From Phage NC-G, in sequence record MK310184: DNA of 64,000 nt. One strand, written 5' to 3'. The translations under genes and the position numbers were made by a program. Positions within the stretch are counted from its first letter, which is position 1. Each line of letters starts with the position of its first letter. This document shows, in pieces, positions 9,023 through 15,604 of the stretch. Below the pieces are notes generated by a model. That model saw nothing but the letters and a program-made list of their open reading frames with translations, was not told the origin of the DNA and made no database searches.

Positions 9023-9304
9023 TTAACATTCAGAAGAGGAGGACACCCAGCCGCCATTTTCCAGGTCGGTTGTGTAGTCATGGGTATTAACAATAGCCCA
9101 TTCAGGATGACCATCTTCTTCCCAATGAGCAAGGTCAGCTTTCAAGGCGCCAGGAGAATAATAGTCACCGCCCATACCGCGAGCAGGGTATATATTAAAA
9201 TGAGTCTCATATTTGTCTGCAATTTCCTCAGCGCGGCGAATAGCTTCATGGATTTCTTTTACTGCGGCCAGAAGCTCTGGATGGTTGTGGTTATCATTCA
9301 TCAT
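9023..9304 (-). CDS. Small acidic protein, tandem family member 2, 93 aa
   Basis: C-terminus GWVSSSSEC. Confidence 0.5.
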   Translation of the reverse strand: MMNDNHNHPELLAAVKEIHEAIRRAEEIADKYETHFNIYPARGMGGDYYSPGALKADLAHWEEDGHPEWAIVNTHDYTTDLENGGWVSSSSEC

Positions 9305-9313
9305 AATAGTTCC

Positions 9314-9604
9314 TTAGCACAGCGCTGAAGAGGAGACCCAAGCACCAACTGTAACGACGCCATTTTCAACTTCACCGCCGTTGTTTTCGATTTCATCTTT
9401 AAACCACTGGGAGCATTCATAACCGACCGGATAGTATGTACGACCTGAGCCATAATCACCGGTCCCGAATTGAATACCGTACTTATCGGCAATAGCTTCA
9501 CATTTATGTTCGATGATATCTACTTTACCGAGTAGAGCATAGATAGCCTTTTCTGCAGATTTCTCGTCATTGTATTCGGGGATTTCAATTTCAATTTTAT
9601 TCAT
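9314..9604 (-). CDS. Small acidic protein, tandem family member 1, 96 aa
   Basis: C-terminus AWVSSSALC. Confidence 0.5.
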   Translation of the reverse strand: MNKIEIEIPEYNDEKSAEKAIYALLGKVDIIEHKCEAIADKYGIQFGTGDYGSGRTYYPVGYECSQWFKDEIENNGGEVENGVVTVGAWVSSSALC

Positions 9605-9954
9605 GATTTACATTCCTTAATAAAGGTTTCAAGGTCATTACATTTGGTTTGTTTTACATACTCATTATAATTAGCCATCTCTAAAGCATATCTCTTACGG
9701 ATGGGAGCATTCAAAGCATTTGTGTGGCAAATATCATACACAACAGGGATAAAATAAGCTACAACTGCCGGGGCGATTATCATATAGAACCCCATCTCAA
9801 TTGGCATGACTCCTTCTATTGCAGCCATAACCGTGGTCATTACCAGGCCAACCAGGCCGCCGAGCATACCGGTGGCAATTCCTAATAATAAATTTGAGCC
9901 AATATCATATTCAGCCAATTGATAAACATGTGATGAAAGACTAGGCCGCTCCAT
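9601..9954 (-). CDS. Hypothetical membrane protein, about 117 aa, ending in FIKECKS
   Basis: Track ORF begins at a GTG; the internal ATG at MERPSL has an AAGAGG Shine-Dalgarno; two hydrophobic helices. Confidence 0.45.
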   Translation of the reverse strand: MERPSLSSHVYQLAEYDIGSNLLLGIATGMLGGLVGLVMTTVMAAIEGVMPIEMGFYMIIAPAVVAYFIPVVYDICHTNALNAPIRKRYALEMANYNEYVKQTKCNDLETFIKECKS

Positions 9955-10483
9955 TTTGAACCTCTTTAGCGTATTCACGACATTCTTTAATAAAATTATT
10001 AAGCTTACGTTGCTGTTTACGACTTTCTAATGTATACTCGTCAGCCAAGGCAAGAAGCTCATCTTTATCGTAATTTTTAATATCCGAATAACTCGGGCGG
10101 CGGTCGACCATTCCAAATACATCACCGTTTTCTAGTGCCACATAACATACTAAATGATAATCATCATCTGCAACATTAATATGTACACAGTCAGTACTCT
10201 CGTTTAAAGAATATACTGAATATCTCACTCCGGCGAATTTAGCGCTCTGTACACCCAGATTTATGTCAATAATTTCTAAAGCTTCTGCAAAAGAAAGGTC
10301 TTCAGCTAAAGCAAAGATAAAGGGTAATTTGGTAGTATCGCCACGGCTAGATGTTCTGCTTAAGAAATCGTTTGAATAGCCTAGGTCTTGGCGAATTCTA
10401 TAAAGAACTGAATTGGTTTCATGGGAAAGACCACTATTTTTAAACCAATCAATATTTGATATAAGGTTATCATATAAACTCAT
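9941..10483 (-). CDS. Hypothetical protein, 180 aa, with FIKECR near the C-terminus
   Basis: ORF in the track. Confidence 0.45.
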   Translation of the reverse strand: MSLYDNLISNIDWFKNSGLSHETNSVLYRIRQDLGYSNDFLSRTSSRGDTTKLPFIFALAEDLSFAEALEIIDINLGVQSAKFAGVRYSVYSLNESTDCVHINVADDDYHLVCYVALENGDVFGMVDRRPSYSDIKNYDKDELLALADEYTLESRKQQRKLNNFIKECREYAKEVQNGAA

Positions 10484-10531
10484 AATATTCTCCTCTCCTC
10501 CAAATAGGGAGACCGAAGTCTCCCGGTAACA

Positions 10532-11125
10532 TTACTTAAGTGAATTAATGTAGTCTTCGATATCAGCTGAAGTCGTATCCATTCCAACTTGAGGGCCTTT
10601 AAACGTTTCTACACGCATCAGGGTGTCTTCAATATCAATCTTAGTCAGTGCAGCGATTTCAACAACGTCATCGGCAGTAGCAATACCCAATGCAGCCATA
10701 TTACGAGTTTCACGGATATATTCCAACTTAACTGCTAGTTCCTGTCGAGAGTCATCAAGTTCCTTGACCTTCAGTTTAATTTCATTACGCATTTCGATAT
10801 AATCGTCAGCTTTCTTACGAAGCTGTGTAGCCGTACGACGATAAAGGAGGCCAAGTTTAGCATGCACCTGGACATCGGCGCCTTCTTTAATCAGTTTACG
10901 AATTTCGCGTTCTTTAGAAGCAGCGAGCTGGTCTTTTTCATTTGCCAATGCACGAATGCGTTTTTCTTCATTCACCGACTTAACATGAGCGGTCTGGAGT
11001 TCAGTAATTTTATCAATCAGGGTAGAAGCAGCTTTAGTGTACTGGTCTTCGATTGACAGGTTCTGAGTCATTGCAGTACCCAGTTTAGAACGGATGAATT
11101 CAACAATTTTCTTTAAAGTATTCAT
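10532..11125 (-). CDS. Coiled-coil protein, possibly PspA/IM30-like, 197 aa
   Basis: Start at MNTLKK with GAAGGAAAT Shine-Dalgarno; long charged heptad-like helices; promoter cassette upstream. Confidence 0.45.
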   Translation of the reverse strand: MNTLKKIVEFIRSKLGTAMTQNLSIEDQYTKAASTLIDKITELQTAHVKSVNEEKRIRALANEKDQLAASKEREIRKLIKEGADVQVHAKLGLLYRRTATQLRKKADDYIEMRNEIKLKVKELDDSRQELAVKLEYIRETRNMAALGIATADDVVEIAALTKIDIEDTLMRVETFKGPQVGMDTTSADIEDYINSLK

Positions 11126-11149
11126 AGTATTTCCTTCAGTCGGTTGGTA

Positions 11150-11190
11150 TTTTGTAATCCATGAGGACATTATACCCTGTCCTCTGAGGG
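11150..11190 (-). promoter_or_regulatory. Early promoter plus stem-loop cassette (PeSL-like)
   Basis: Minus strand GTTTACAaccctcaGAGGACAggGTATAATGTCCTC: -35, -10 and a GAGGAC/GTCCTC stem around the -10. Confidence 0.5.
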
Positions 11191-11200
11191 TTGTAAACAT

Positions 11201-11473
11201 TTATTTCATTTTTGCGAGGCAGATTTCGTTGGCTTCCCATTGAGCTTGCTTAATAATAGCTTTGGATACAGGAACCCTTTGGCCGTAAGTTTTTGACGTT
11301 GAGAGAACAATATATTTGTTTGCCTCATTATGCCAACCTAGTGATTTTTCACCATGAGTACCTTTAACCACAGCTGACACCTCAACAGAGCAACCGCCAT
11401 CAGAAATCTTGGTTTCTACAATCCATTCATTTCTCTCGACAGCTTCAATTTCCGATCTCCTTTTTTTCTTCAT
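11201..11473 (-). CDS. Hypothetical protein, 90 aa
   Basis: ORF in the track. Confidence 0.4.
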   Translation of the reverse strand: MKKKRRSEIEAVERNEWIVETKISDGGCSVEVSAVVKGTHGEKSLGWHNEANKYIVLSTSKTYGQRVPVSKAIIKQAQWEANEICLAKMK

Positions 11474-11600
11474 ACATGGCGGCCCAATCGGTTTTTGCTA
11501 AGTTGAAAGCAAGAGCTTTCTCTAATTCTTTGGCAACTTTTTGTTGTTCGGGTGTTAATGAATTATACAACTCTTGCATTTCTTTATCTTCGATATTCAT
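11445..11600 (-). CDS. Hypothetical small protein, 51 aa (below the ORF-track cutoff)
   Basis: ATG with GAGGAGAACATA Shine-Dalgarno directly downstream of a promoter cassette; translates MNIEDKEMQELYNSLTPEQQK... Confidence 0.35.
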   Translation of the reverse strand: MNIEDKEMQELYNSLTPEQQKVAKELEKALAFNLAKTDWAAMYEEKKEIGN

Positions 11601-11617
11601 TATGTTCTCCTCAAATT

Positions 11618-11656
11618 ATGGGCTCATAATATCTCAATCATGAGCCCATGTAAACA
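11618..11656 (-). promoter_or_regulatory. Early promoter plus stem-loop cassette (PeSL-like)
   Basis: Minus strand GTTTACAtGGGCTCATgattgagaTATTATGAGCCC: 8-bp stem enclosing the -10. Confidence 0.5.
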
Positions 11657-11657
11657 A

Positions 11658-11921
11658 TTATTTCATATTATTGAAATAATCTTCCGCATCAAAATCGTTA
11701 TCGTGGTAAACTTTGGTAGACAATTTAACATAACCTTCGGCAGCGAACATATTAACCACAACCTTTACAGTATACCATTGTCCATCATCATTACCCATTA
11801 CGGCGTAAGTTTCAAATATAGGATGGTCATCACCTATAACCTTAATATCGTTAACAGTAGCACCAAATTCTTCAGGAACGCATTTCATAAAGAAATTAAA
11901 CAATTCACCATAATTATCCAT
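11658..11921 (-). CDS. Hypothetical acidic protein, 87 aa
   Basis: Track ORF begins at a GTG; the ATG at MDNYGELF has a GAAGGAGAG Shine-Dalgarno. Confidence 0.45.
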   Translation of the reverse strand: MDNYGELFNFFMKCVPEEFGATVNDIKVIGDDHPIFETYAVMGNDDGQWYTVKVVVNMFAAEGYVKLSTKVYHDNDFDAEDYFNNMK

Positions 11922-11944
11922 TTTACTCTCCTTCACACTGTTGT

Positions 11945-11990
11945 TTTGATAGGTCTATAGTATCATGTTTAAAGGAGGTGTAAACAACTT
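11945..11990 (-). promoter_or_regulatory. Early promoter cassette (PeSL-like)
   Basis: Minus strand GTTTACAcctcctttaaacaTGATACTATAGACCTATCAAAACAACAG, same leader as the other cassettes. Confidence 0.5.
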
Positions 11991-12018
11991 TGTGAAATTA
12001 TTTTTAGTTTAAACCCCC

Positions 12019-12040
12019 TAAAAGGAGACCGAAGTCTCCT
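12019..12040 (-). terminator. Rho-independent terminator hairpin
   Basis: GGAGACcgaaGTCTCC stem flanked by A/T runs just downstream of the 12045 gene stop. Confidence 0.5.
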
Positions 12041-12044
12041 TTCA

Positions 12045-12662
12045 CTATTTACGGGTCTTTTCGAACTGTGCTGCGTCACCTGCAAGGCGGCCCGCTTGGC
12101 GAAGTTTGTTATTGATTTCTTCGCGCATAGGCTGGGTATACTTAAGGCCTTCAACCGTCAGATAGAGGCGATAAAGGTCCGGGGTATCCAGGTTGTTAAT
12201 GTGTTGACCATTACGAAGAGCGTTGAATTCACGAACAAGGTGTTTAGTTTCAGATTCGATTTCCGAAACCAAAGAAGCCAGCTGGTTATATTTTTTAACT
12301 ATAGTGCTGGTGTCAAACTTGATTTTAGGTTTAGGAGCTTCTTTTACAGGCTCTGCTTTAGGTGTCGGTTTCGGTGCTGCAACTTTGGTCTGAGCCGCGG
12401 GTTTAGAAACAGGAGCTTTGGCTGGTTTAGCAGGCTTAGTAGCGCCACCGGCTACGATATCTTTAAAAGCTTTGGAAGCTTTGTAATATTCTTTCTGGTT
12501 ACTAGTATCAAAACCATACATATCATAGACGTTTTTAAAGAATTCGGTAGTGGTTTTAGTCCCAGAAATTTTATCATAAGCCGCTTGCCACATATCTTTA
12601 GTCATGCGAACGCCGGCTTCACTCAGAACGCTTTCGTTCAAAAATTCATTGTAAGTTTTCAT
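12045..12662 (-). CDS. Internal-protein-like capsid-targeted protein with a Pro/Ala/Lys-rich linker, 205 aa
   Basis: MKTYNEFLNES leader; KPAKPAKAPVSKPAAQTKVAAPKPTPKAEPVKEAPKPK low-complexity segment; late-promoter motif upstream. Confidence 0.6.
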   Translation of the reverse strand: MKTYNEFLNESVLSEAGVRMTKDMWQAAYDKISGTKTTTEFFKNVYDMYGFDTSNQKEYYKASKAFKDIVAGGATKPAKPAKAPVSKPAAQTKVAAPKPTPKAEPVKEAPKPKIKFDTSTIVKKYNQLASLVSEIESETKHLVREFNALRNGQHINNLDTPDLYRLYLTVEGLKYTQPMREEINNKLRQAGRLAGDAAQFEKTRK

Positions 12663-12690
12663 TGGTATTCCCTAAGTTAATTAACTTATC

Positions 12691-12698
12691 TATTTATA
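12691..12698 (-). promoter_or_regulatory. T4 late-promoter motif TATAAATA
   Basis: Exact TATAAATA on the minus strand about 30 nt upstream of the 12662 start codon. Confidence 0.5.
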
Positions 12699-12700
12699 CA

Positions 12701-12727
12701 AAAAGCCCGACCTTTCGGAAGGGCGGT
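12701..12727 (-). terminator. Terminator hairpin
   Basis: GCCCgacctttcggaaGGGC stem followed by a T-run on the minus strand. Confidence 0.45.
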
Positions 12728-12730
12728 GAA

Positions 12731-13285
12731 TCAGTTCTTATAGAATCGGAACGGGTTTACATGGAAGGCTAACATAGCTTTAGGGATTTTACGAGACAAA
12801 AGACTCTTAAGCTTCCAGCCACAGTACACTCGAAGGTAAAATGTGATTCCACCAACCTTAAGATAAGGAACTGAAGCAAAGACTCCCCATGCTTCGTCAT
12901 TCCACATCCACAACCAACCATGGTGAGCTTTATCAGGAGAACCGGATTCAACATCAGGATTACCACGATAATGGAATTCTGAGCTACAATCGCGACCTAG
13001 TTTATGGTAAGCAAAGTTATAAGCTTTATTTCGCCATAGCCAAGCTACTCTCTGGAGATAAACGCCGAAAGGTAGTTTTCTGATTTTAGCCCAACGTTTA
13101 ATATGGCCCTTGTCACCGTCAATTGGATTATCATATGTCATCATCCAATCAAAACCGTATGGCAATTTACCGGTCTTTTTATTGTAGAAAGGAACTACAA
13201 AAGGCGCAAGGATAACAGCCAGAACCATAGAGATAAAATCTAGTGGGACCAACAGAATCCAACTCAAATATTTTAAAAGTTTCAT
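12731..13285 (-). CDS. Hypothetical N-terminally membrane-anchored protein, 184 aa
   Basis: N-terminal hydrophobic segment LSWILLVPLDFISMVLAVILAPFVV; late-promoter motif upstream. Confidence 0.5.
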   Translation of the reverse strand: MKLLKYLSWILLVPLDFISMVLAVILAPFVVPFYNKKTGKLPYGFDWMMTYDNPIDGDKGHIKRWAKIRKLPFGVYLQRVAWLWRNKAYNFAYHKLGRDCSSEFHYRGNPDVESGSPDKAHHGWLWMWNDEAWGVFASVPYLKVGGITFYLRVYCGWKLKSLLSRKIPKAMLAFHVNPFRFYKN

Positions 13286-13311
13286 ATTATTTCCTAAGTT
13301 AGTTTACTACA

Positions 13312-13319
13312 TATTTATA
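13312..13319 (-). promoter_or_regulatory. T4 late-promoter motif TATAAATA
   Basis: Exact TATAAATA on the minus strand, directly after a terminator hairpin and upstream of the 13285 start. Confidence 0.5.
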
Positions 13320-13320
13320 C

Positions 13321-13348
13321 AAAAAAGGCCCAACCTTTCGGAAGGGCC
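13321..13348 (-). terminator. Terminator hairpin closing the tRNA cluster
   Basis: GGCCCaacctttcggaaGGGCC followed by TTTTTT on the minus strand. Confidence 0.5.
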
Positions 13349-13399
13349 TTTAACCTAGGGTAACCTTGTCGGGGTTCCACCTGCTAGGGCAAGTGTTTG

Positions 13400-13491
13400 T
13401 ACGAAACGCCGGGATTCGAACCCGGTTATTAAGCAGTTGACGCTACTCAATATTTTTAAAAGGCCATATCTCGACCATATCCGAACGTTCC
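13400..13491 (-). ncRNA. tRNA-like RNA with acceptor stem and T-arm but no canonical anticodon arm
   Basis: Perfect T-arm CCGGG-TTCGAAT-CCCGG; 7/7 acceptor pairing between CGGAACG (13491..13485) and CGTTTCG (13407..13401); no D or anticodon stem could be built by hand. Confidence 0.35.
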
Positions 13492-13559
13492 GTCAAAACG
13501 CTACTCGGCTTACGGCAAAGATATTTCCTCGAATCGATAATTCGATGCGCCGTTTCAGC

Positions 13560-13660
13560 TGTGATGTAAGGGAACATTAACAGATCGTAAAGATTTGTTA
13601 ATGCCAGTCCTTACCCAGGGAACATCAGTCCGACGACTTACCGGTAGCGACCCGGTTTCT
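13560..13660 (-). ncRNA. Structured small RNA candidate between the tRNA-like element and tRNA-Arg
   Basis: Nested inverted repeats (CATTAAC/GTTAATG, GTAAGG/CCTTAC, TGATGT/ACATCA, CCGG/CCGG), no ORF; T4 carries two stable small RNAs in its tRNA cluster. Confidence 0.3.
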
Positions 13661-13663
13661 TGT

Positions 13664-13739
13664 TTGGTCGAGACAGTAGGGATCGAACCTACGACCCAGG
13701 ACTTAGAAGGTCCTTGCTCTTCCTTCTGAGCTATGCCTC
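13664..13739 (-). tRNA. tRNA-Arg (anticodon TCT)
   Basis: Hand-folded cloverleaf: acceptor CGAGGCA/TGTCTCG, D-stem GCTC/GAGC, anticodon stem AGGAC/GTCCT with loop CTTCTAA, T-arm GTAGG-TTCGATC-CCTAC, encoded CCA. Confidence 0.8.
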
Positions 13740-13743
13740 GTAT

Positions 13744-13818
13744 TTGGCGGACGTGCATGGATTCGAACCATGGACCAATTGATTAACAGTCAACTGCTCT
13801 ACCACTGAGCTACACATC
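13744..13818 (-). tRNA. tRNA-Asn (anticodon GTT)
   Basis: Hand-folded cloverleaf: acceptor GGATGTG/CACGTCC, D-arm GCTC-AGTGGTA-GAGC, anticodon loop CTGTTAA, T-arm CATGG-TTCGAAT-CCATG, encoded CCA. Confidence 0.8.
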
Positions 13819-13822
13819 CAAA

Positions 13823-13896
13823 TTGGTGACCCTGGGTGGAATCGAACCACCATCCAGCGATTATGAGTCGCTCGCTTGACCGTCCAGCTACAGGGC
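13823..13896 (-). tRNA. tRNA with CAT anticodon (Met, or Ile if lysidine-modified)
   Basis: Hand-folded cloverleaf: acceptor GGCCCTG/CAGGGTC, anticodon stem AGCGA/TCGCT with loop CTCATAA, T-arm GGTGG-TTCGATT-CCACC, encoded CCA; D-stem slightly imperfect. Confidence 0.7.
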
Positions 13897-13973
13897 CAAT
13901 TCTATTATGAAAGGTTCTTTGAGGGAAGAACCTTTGGTAATAGAGGGTACTTATTAATAATAACACATAACTC

Positions 13974-14264
13974 TTAAAGCATATTAATGTATGTGCTTTT
14001 AATACAATTAAGATTCAAAGGATTTTTAAAAATATCATAATCCTCTGGACCTGTTTCAGTTTCAATAAAGAAATCAAAATTCACCGTATTGAATTTACGG
14101 TCTTCAAAAACCAATTTAACATTGGAATGGCTACGACCTATTTCAACACTTTCAACTTCAAAACACGTTAAGATGCCATAATCGTCAATCAATTGCTTTG
14201 CGGCATCTTGGTCTGATTTATACCCGTTATTAGCCTTGTCACCTATAGATGCGTAAAGAATCAT
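13974..14264 (-). CDS. Hypothetical protein, 96 aa
   Basis: ORF in the track. Confidence 0.4.
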   Translation of the reverse strand: MILYASIGDKANNGYKSDQDAAKQLIDDYGILTCFEVESVEIGRSHSNVKLVFEDRKFNTVNFDFFIETETGPEDYDIFKNPLNLNCIKSTYINML

Positions 14265-14668
14265 GCTTGACCCTCGTCTACAATAGTATGGGTGATGGCA
14301 TTAACAATCTGCCACCAGTCAAAACGATCAGAACCGTAACGAGGCTTTTTCTCATTTTCGTTAATAATATCACGTAGTTCGTCTTCAGAAAATGCTTTAG
14401 CGATTAAATCGGTATAGCCGCCACGTGGATAATAATTATCACCTGCAAACAAAAGGAAATTTACCTTTCCGGAAGGAATATACGCTTCCTTAGGATATTT
14501 GTTTCCTGCATGGTCTACCACTTCAATATAACGGTAAGGAATATCAGTACTTTCAACCCATTGCCAAGCCGCGGCAGGGGATTCAAAAGCATCAACACCT
14601 AAACGGTTATCTTCATCTTTAGACGGGTTATTTTCATAATCCGCATATACATAATATTCAACGTTCAT
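14261..14668 (-). CDS. Hypothetical protein, 135 aa
   Basis: ORF in the track with 4-nt overlaps to both neighbours. Confidence 0.45.
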   Translation of the reverse strand: MNVEYYVYADYENNPSKDEDNRLGVDAFESPAAAWQWVESTDIPYRYIEVVDHAGNKYPKEAYIPSGKVNFLLFAGDNYYPRGGYTDLIAKAFSEDELRDIINENEKKPRYGSDRFDWWQIVNAITHTIVDEGQA

Positions 14669-14853
14669 TATTCACCTTTAGAGATTTTATCCATAACAAA
14701 AGAGATTGAACCAATTAAAAATGCCACTACTAAAGAGATTATATTCTCGGAAGTTGAAAGCATATCGAGCATGAATCCTGCAAACATACTAAAGCCAAAA
14801 GCGGTAACAGCGGCCAGTGCAGTAACATTTCTAATTAATTCGCAACGTTTCAT
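14668..14853 (-). CDS. Hypothetical small membrane protein, 61 aa
   Basis: Start at MKRCEL with GAGGAGAAT Shine-Dalgarno; single hydrophobic helix; promoter cassette upstream. Confidence 0.4.
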   Translation of the reverse strand: MKRCELIRNVTALAAVTAFGFSMFAGFMLDMLSTSENIISLVVAFLIGSISFVMDKISKGE

Positions 14854-14874
14854 TTTATTCTCCTCAGTAGTTGA

Positions 14875-14915
14875 TAGGGCTATAGTATCACCACTAGAGC
14901 CCGTTGTACACAATT
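14875..14915 (-). promoter_or_regulatory. Early promoter plus stem-loop cassette (PeSL-like)
   Basis: Minus strand GTGTACAacGGGCTCTAGtggTGATACTATAGCCCTATCAAC. Confidence 0.5.
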
Positions 14916-15187
14916 TATTTCAAATAAATTGCATATTTTTTATAGCCAGCTGTCTCGTGGCGCAACCCTTTGTCATTAGCAAAGCGTTCAATATTATTAA
15001 TTTGATTTTGGTCGAGTTCTGAAATATCAAATACAAAAAAGTTTCGCTTATTGCCTAAAGTTACATGATTAGTCAAATCGATGTTATAGAGATGATTTAT
15101 ATTATCAATCATGGCCTTAACAGATTTGTTGATTTTTACTTCTTCATTAAGAATGGATTCAGCGATAAATTCTTGATAAGTTTTCAT
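14915..15187 (-). CDS. Internal-protein-like capsid-targeted protein, 90 aa
   Basis: Start at MKTYQEFIAESI; the track ORF extends upstream into the promoter leader. Confidence 0.55.
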   Translation of the reverse strand: MKTYQEFIAESILNEEVKINKSVKAMIDNINHLYNIDLTNHVTLGNKRNFFVFDISELDQNQINNIERFANDKGLRHETAGYKKYAIYLK

Positions 15188-15214
15188 TTTGATTTCCATT
15201 TGGATGTTTTGTTT

Positions 15215-15255
15215 TGATAGGGTAATAATATCACTACCCCATCTAAAAGTAAACA
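15215..15255 (-). promoter_or_regulatory. Early promoter plus stem-loop cassette (PeSL-like)
   Basis: Minus strand GTTTACTtttagatGGGGTAgTGATATTATTACCCTATCAAAACAAAAC; this leader plus the first codons are duplicated at 15547..15607. Confidence 0.5.
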
Positions 15256-15266
15256 CGGTTTATAAA

Positions 15267-15578
15267 CTATTTTATTCCACGTGATGCAATTGTGTTCTGT
15301 CGTTTAACACCGGTTTGTTTAAAGTCGTGATTGTCGATTTGATCGGTGCGAGCAACTCCGAATGATGATTTGATCTTAGCTTTAGATCCTTTAGTTATAG
15401 AAATAAACATCTCGGAAGCCCCTTTCTTAAAGTCTGAAGCGATTACTTCAACGCCGTTCTTAGCAAGTGACTTCAGAATTGCATCCGCATACTCATCGTC
15501 AAGACCAGCCAGAGTATTAATAATGAATGTCTTTGGTGCAACAGAAGCTTCGGAGATAAATTCTTGATAAGTTTTCAT
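15267..15578 (-). CDS. Internal-protein-like capsid-targeted protein, 103 aa (position of T4 ipI)
   Basis: MKTYQEFISEA leader; paralogue of the 1336..1635 ORF; sits immediately upstream of 57B as ipI does in T4. Confidence 0.6.
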   Translation of the reverse strand: MKTYQEFISEASVAPKTFIINTLAGLDDEYADAILKSLAKNGVEVIASDFKKGASEMFISITKGSKAKIKSSFGVARTDQIDNHDFKQTGVKRQNTIASRGIK

Positions 15579-15604
15579 TTTGATTTCCATTTGGATGTTT
15601 TGTT

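Noticed and set aside
9978-9978. Track start of the 125-aa ORF, and similarly the first codons at 8126, 11936 and 62768
   Set aside because: These track ORFs begin at GTG or TTG codons; nearby in-frame ATGs with strong Shine-Dalgarno sequences are more plausible starts, so shorter coordinates were used.
12096-12680. 194-aa plus-strand ORF
   Set aside because: Antisense to the capsid-targeted gene at 12045..12662, which has the diagnostic MKTY leader and a promoter; the plus-strand frame has no ribosome-binding site.
13400-13491. Calling this a fourth canonical tRNA
   Set aside because: Acceptor stem and T-arm are good, but no D or anticodon stem could be built; reported instead as a tRNA-like RNA.
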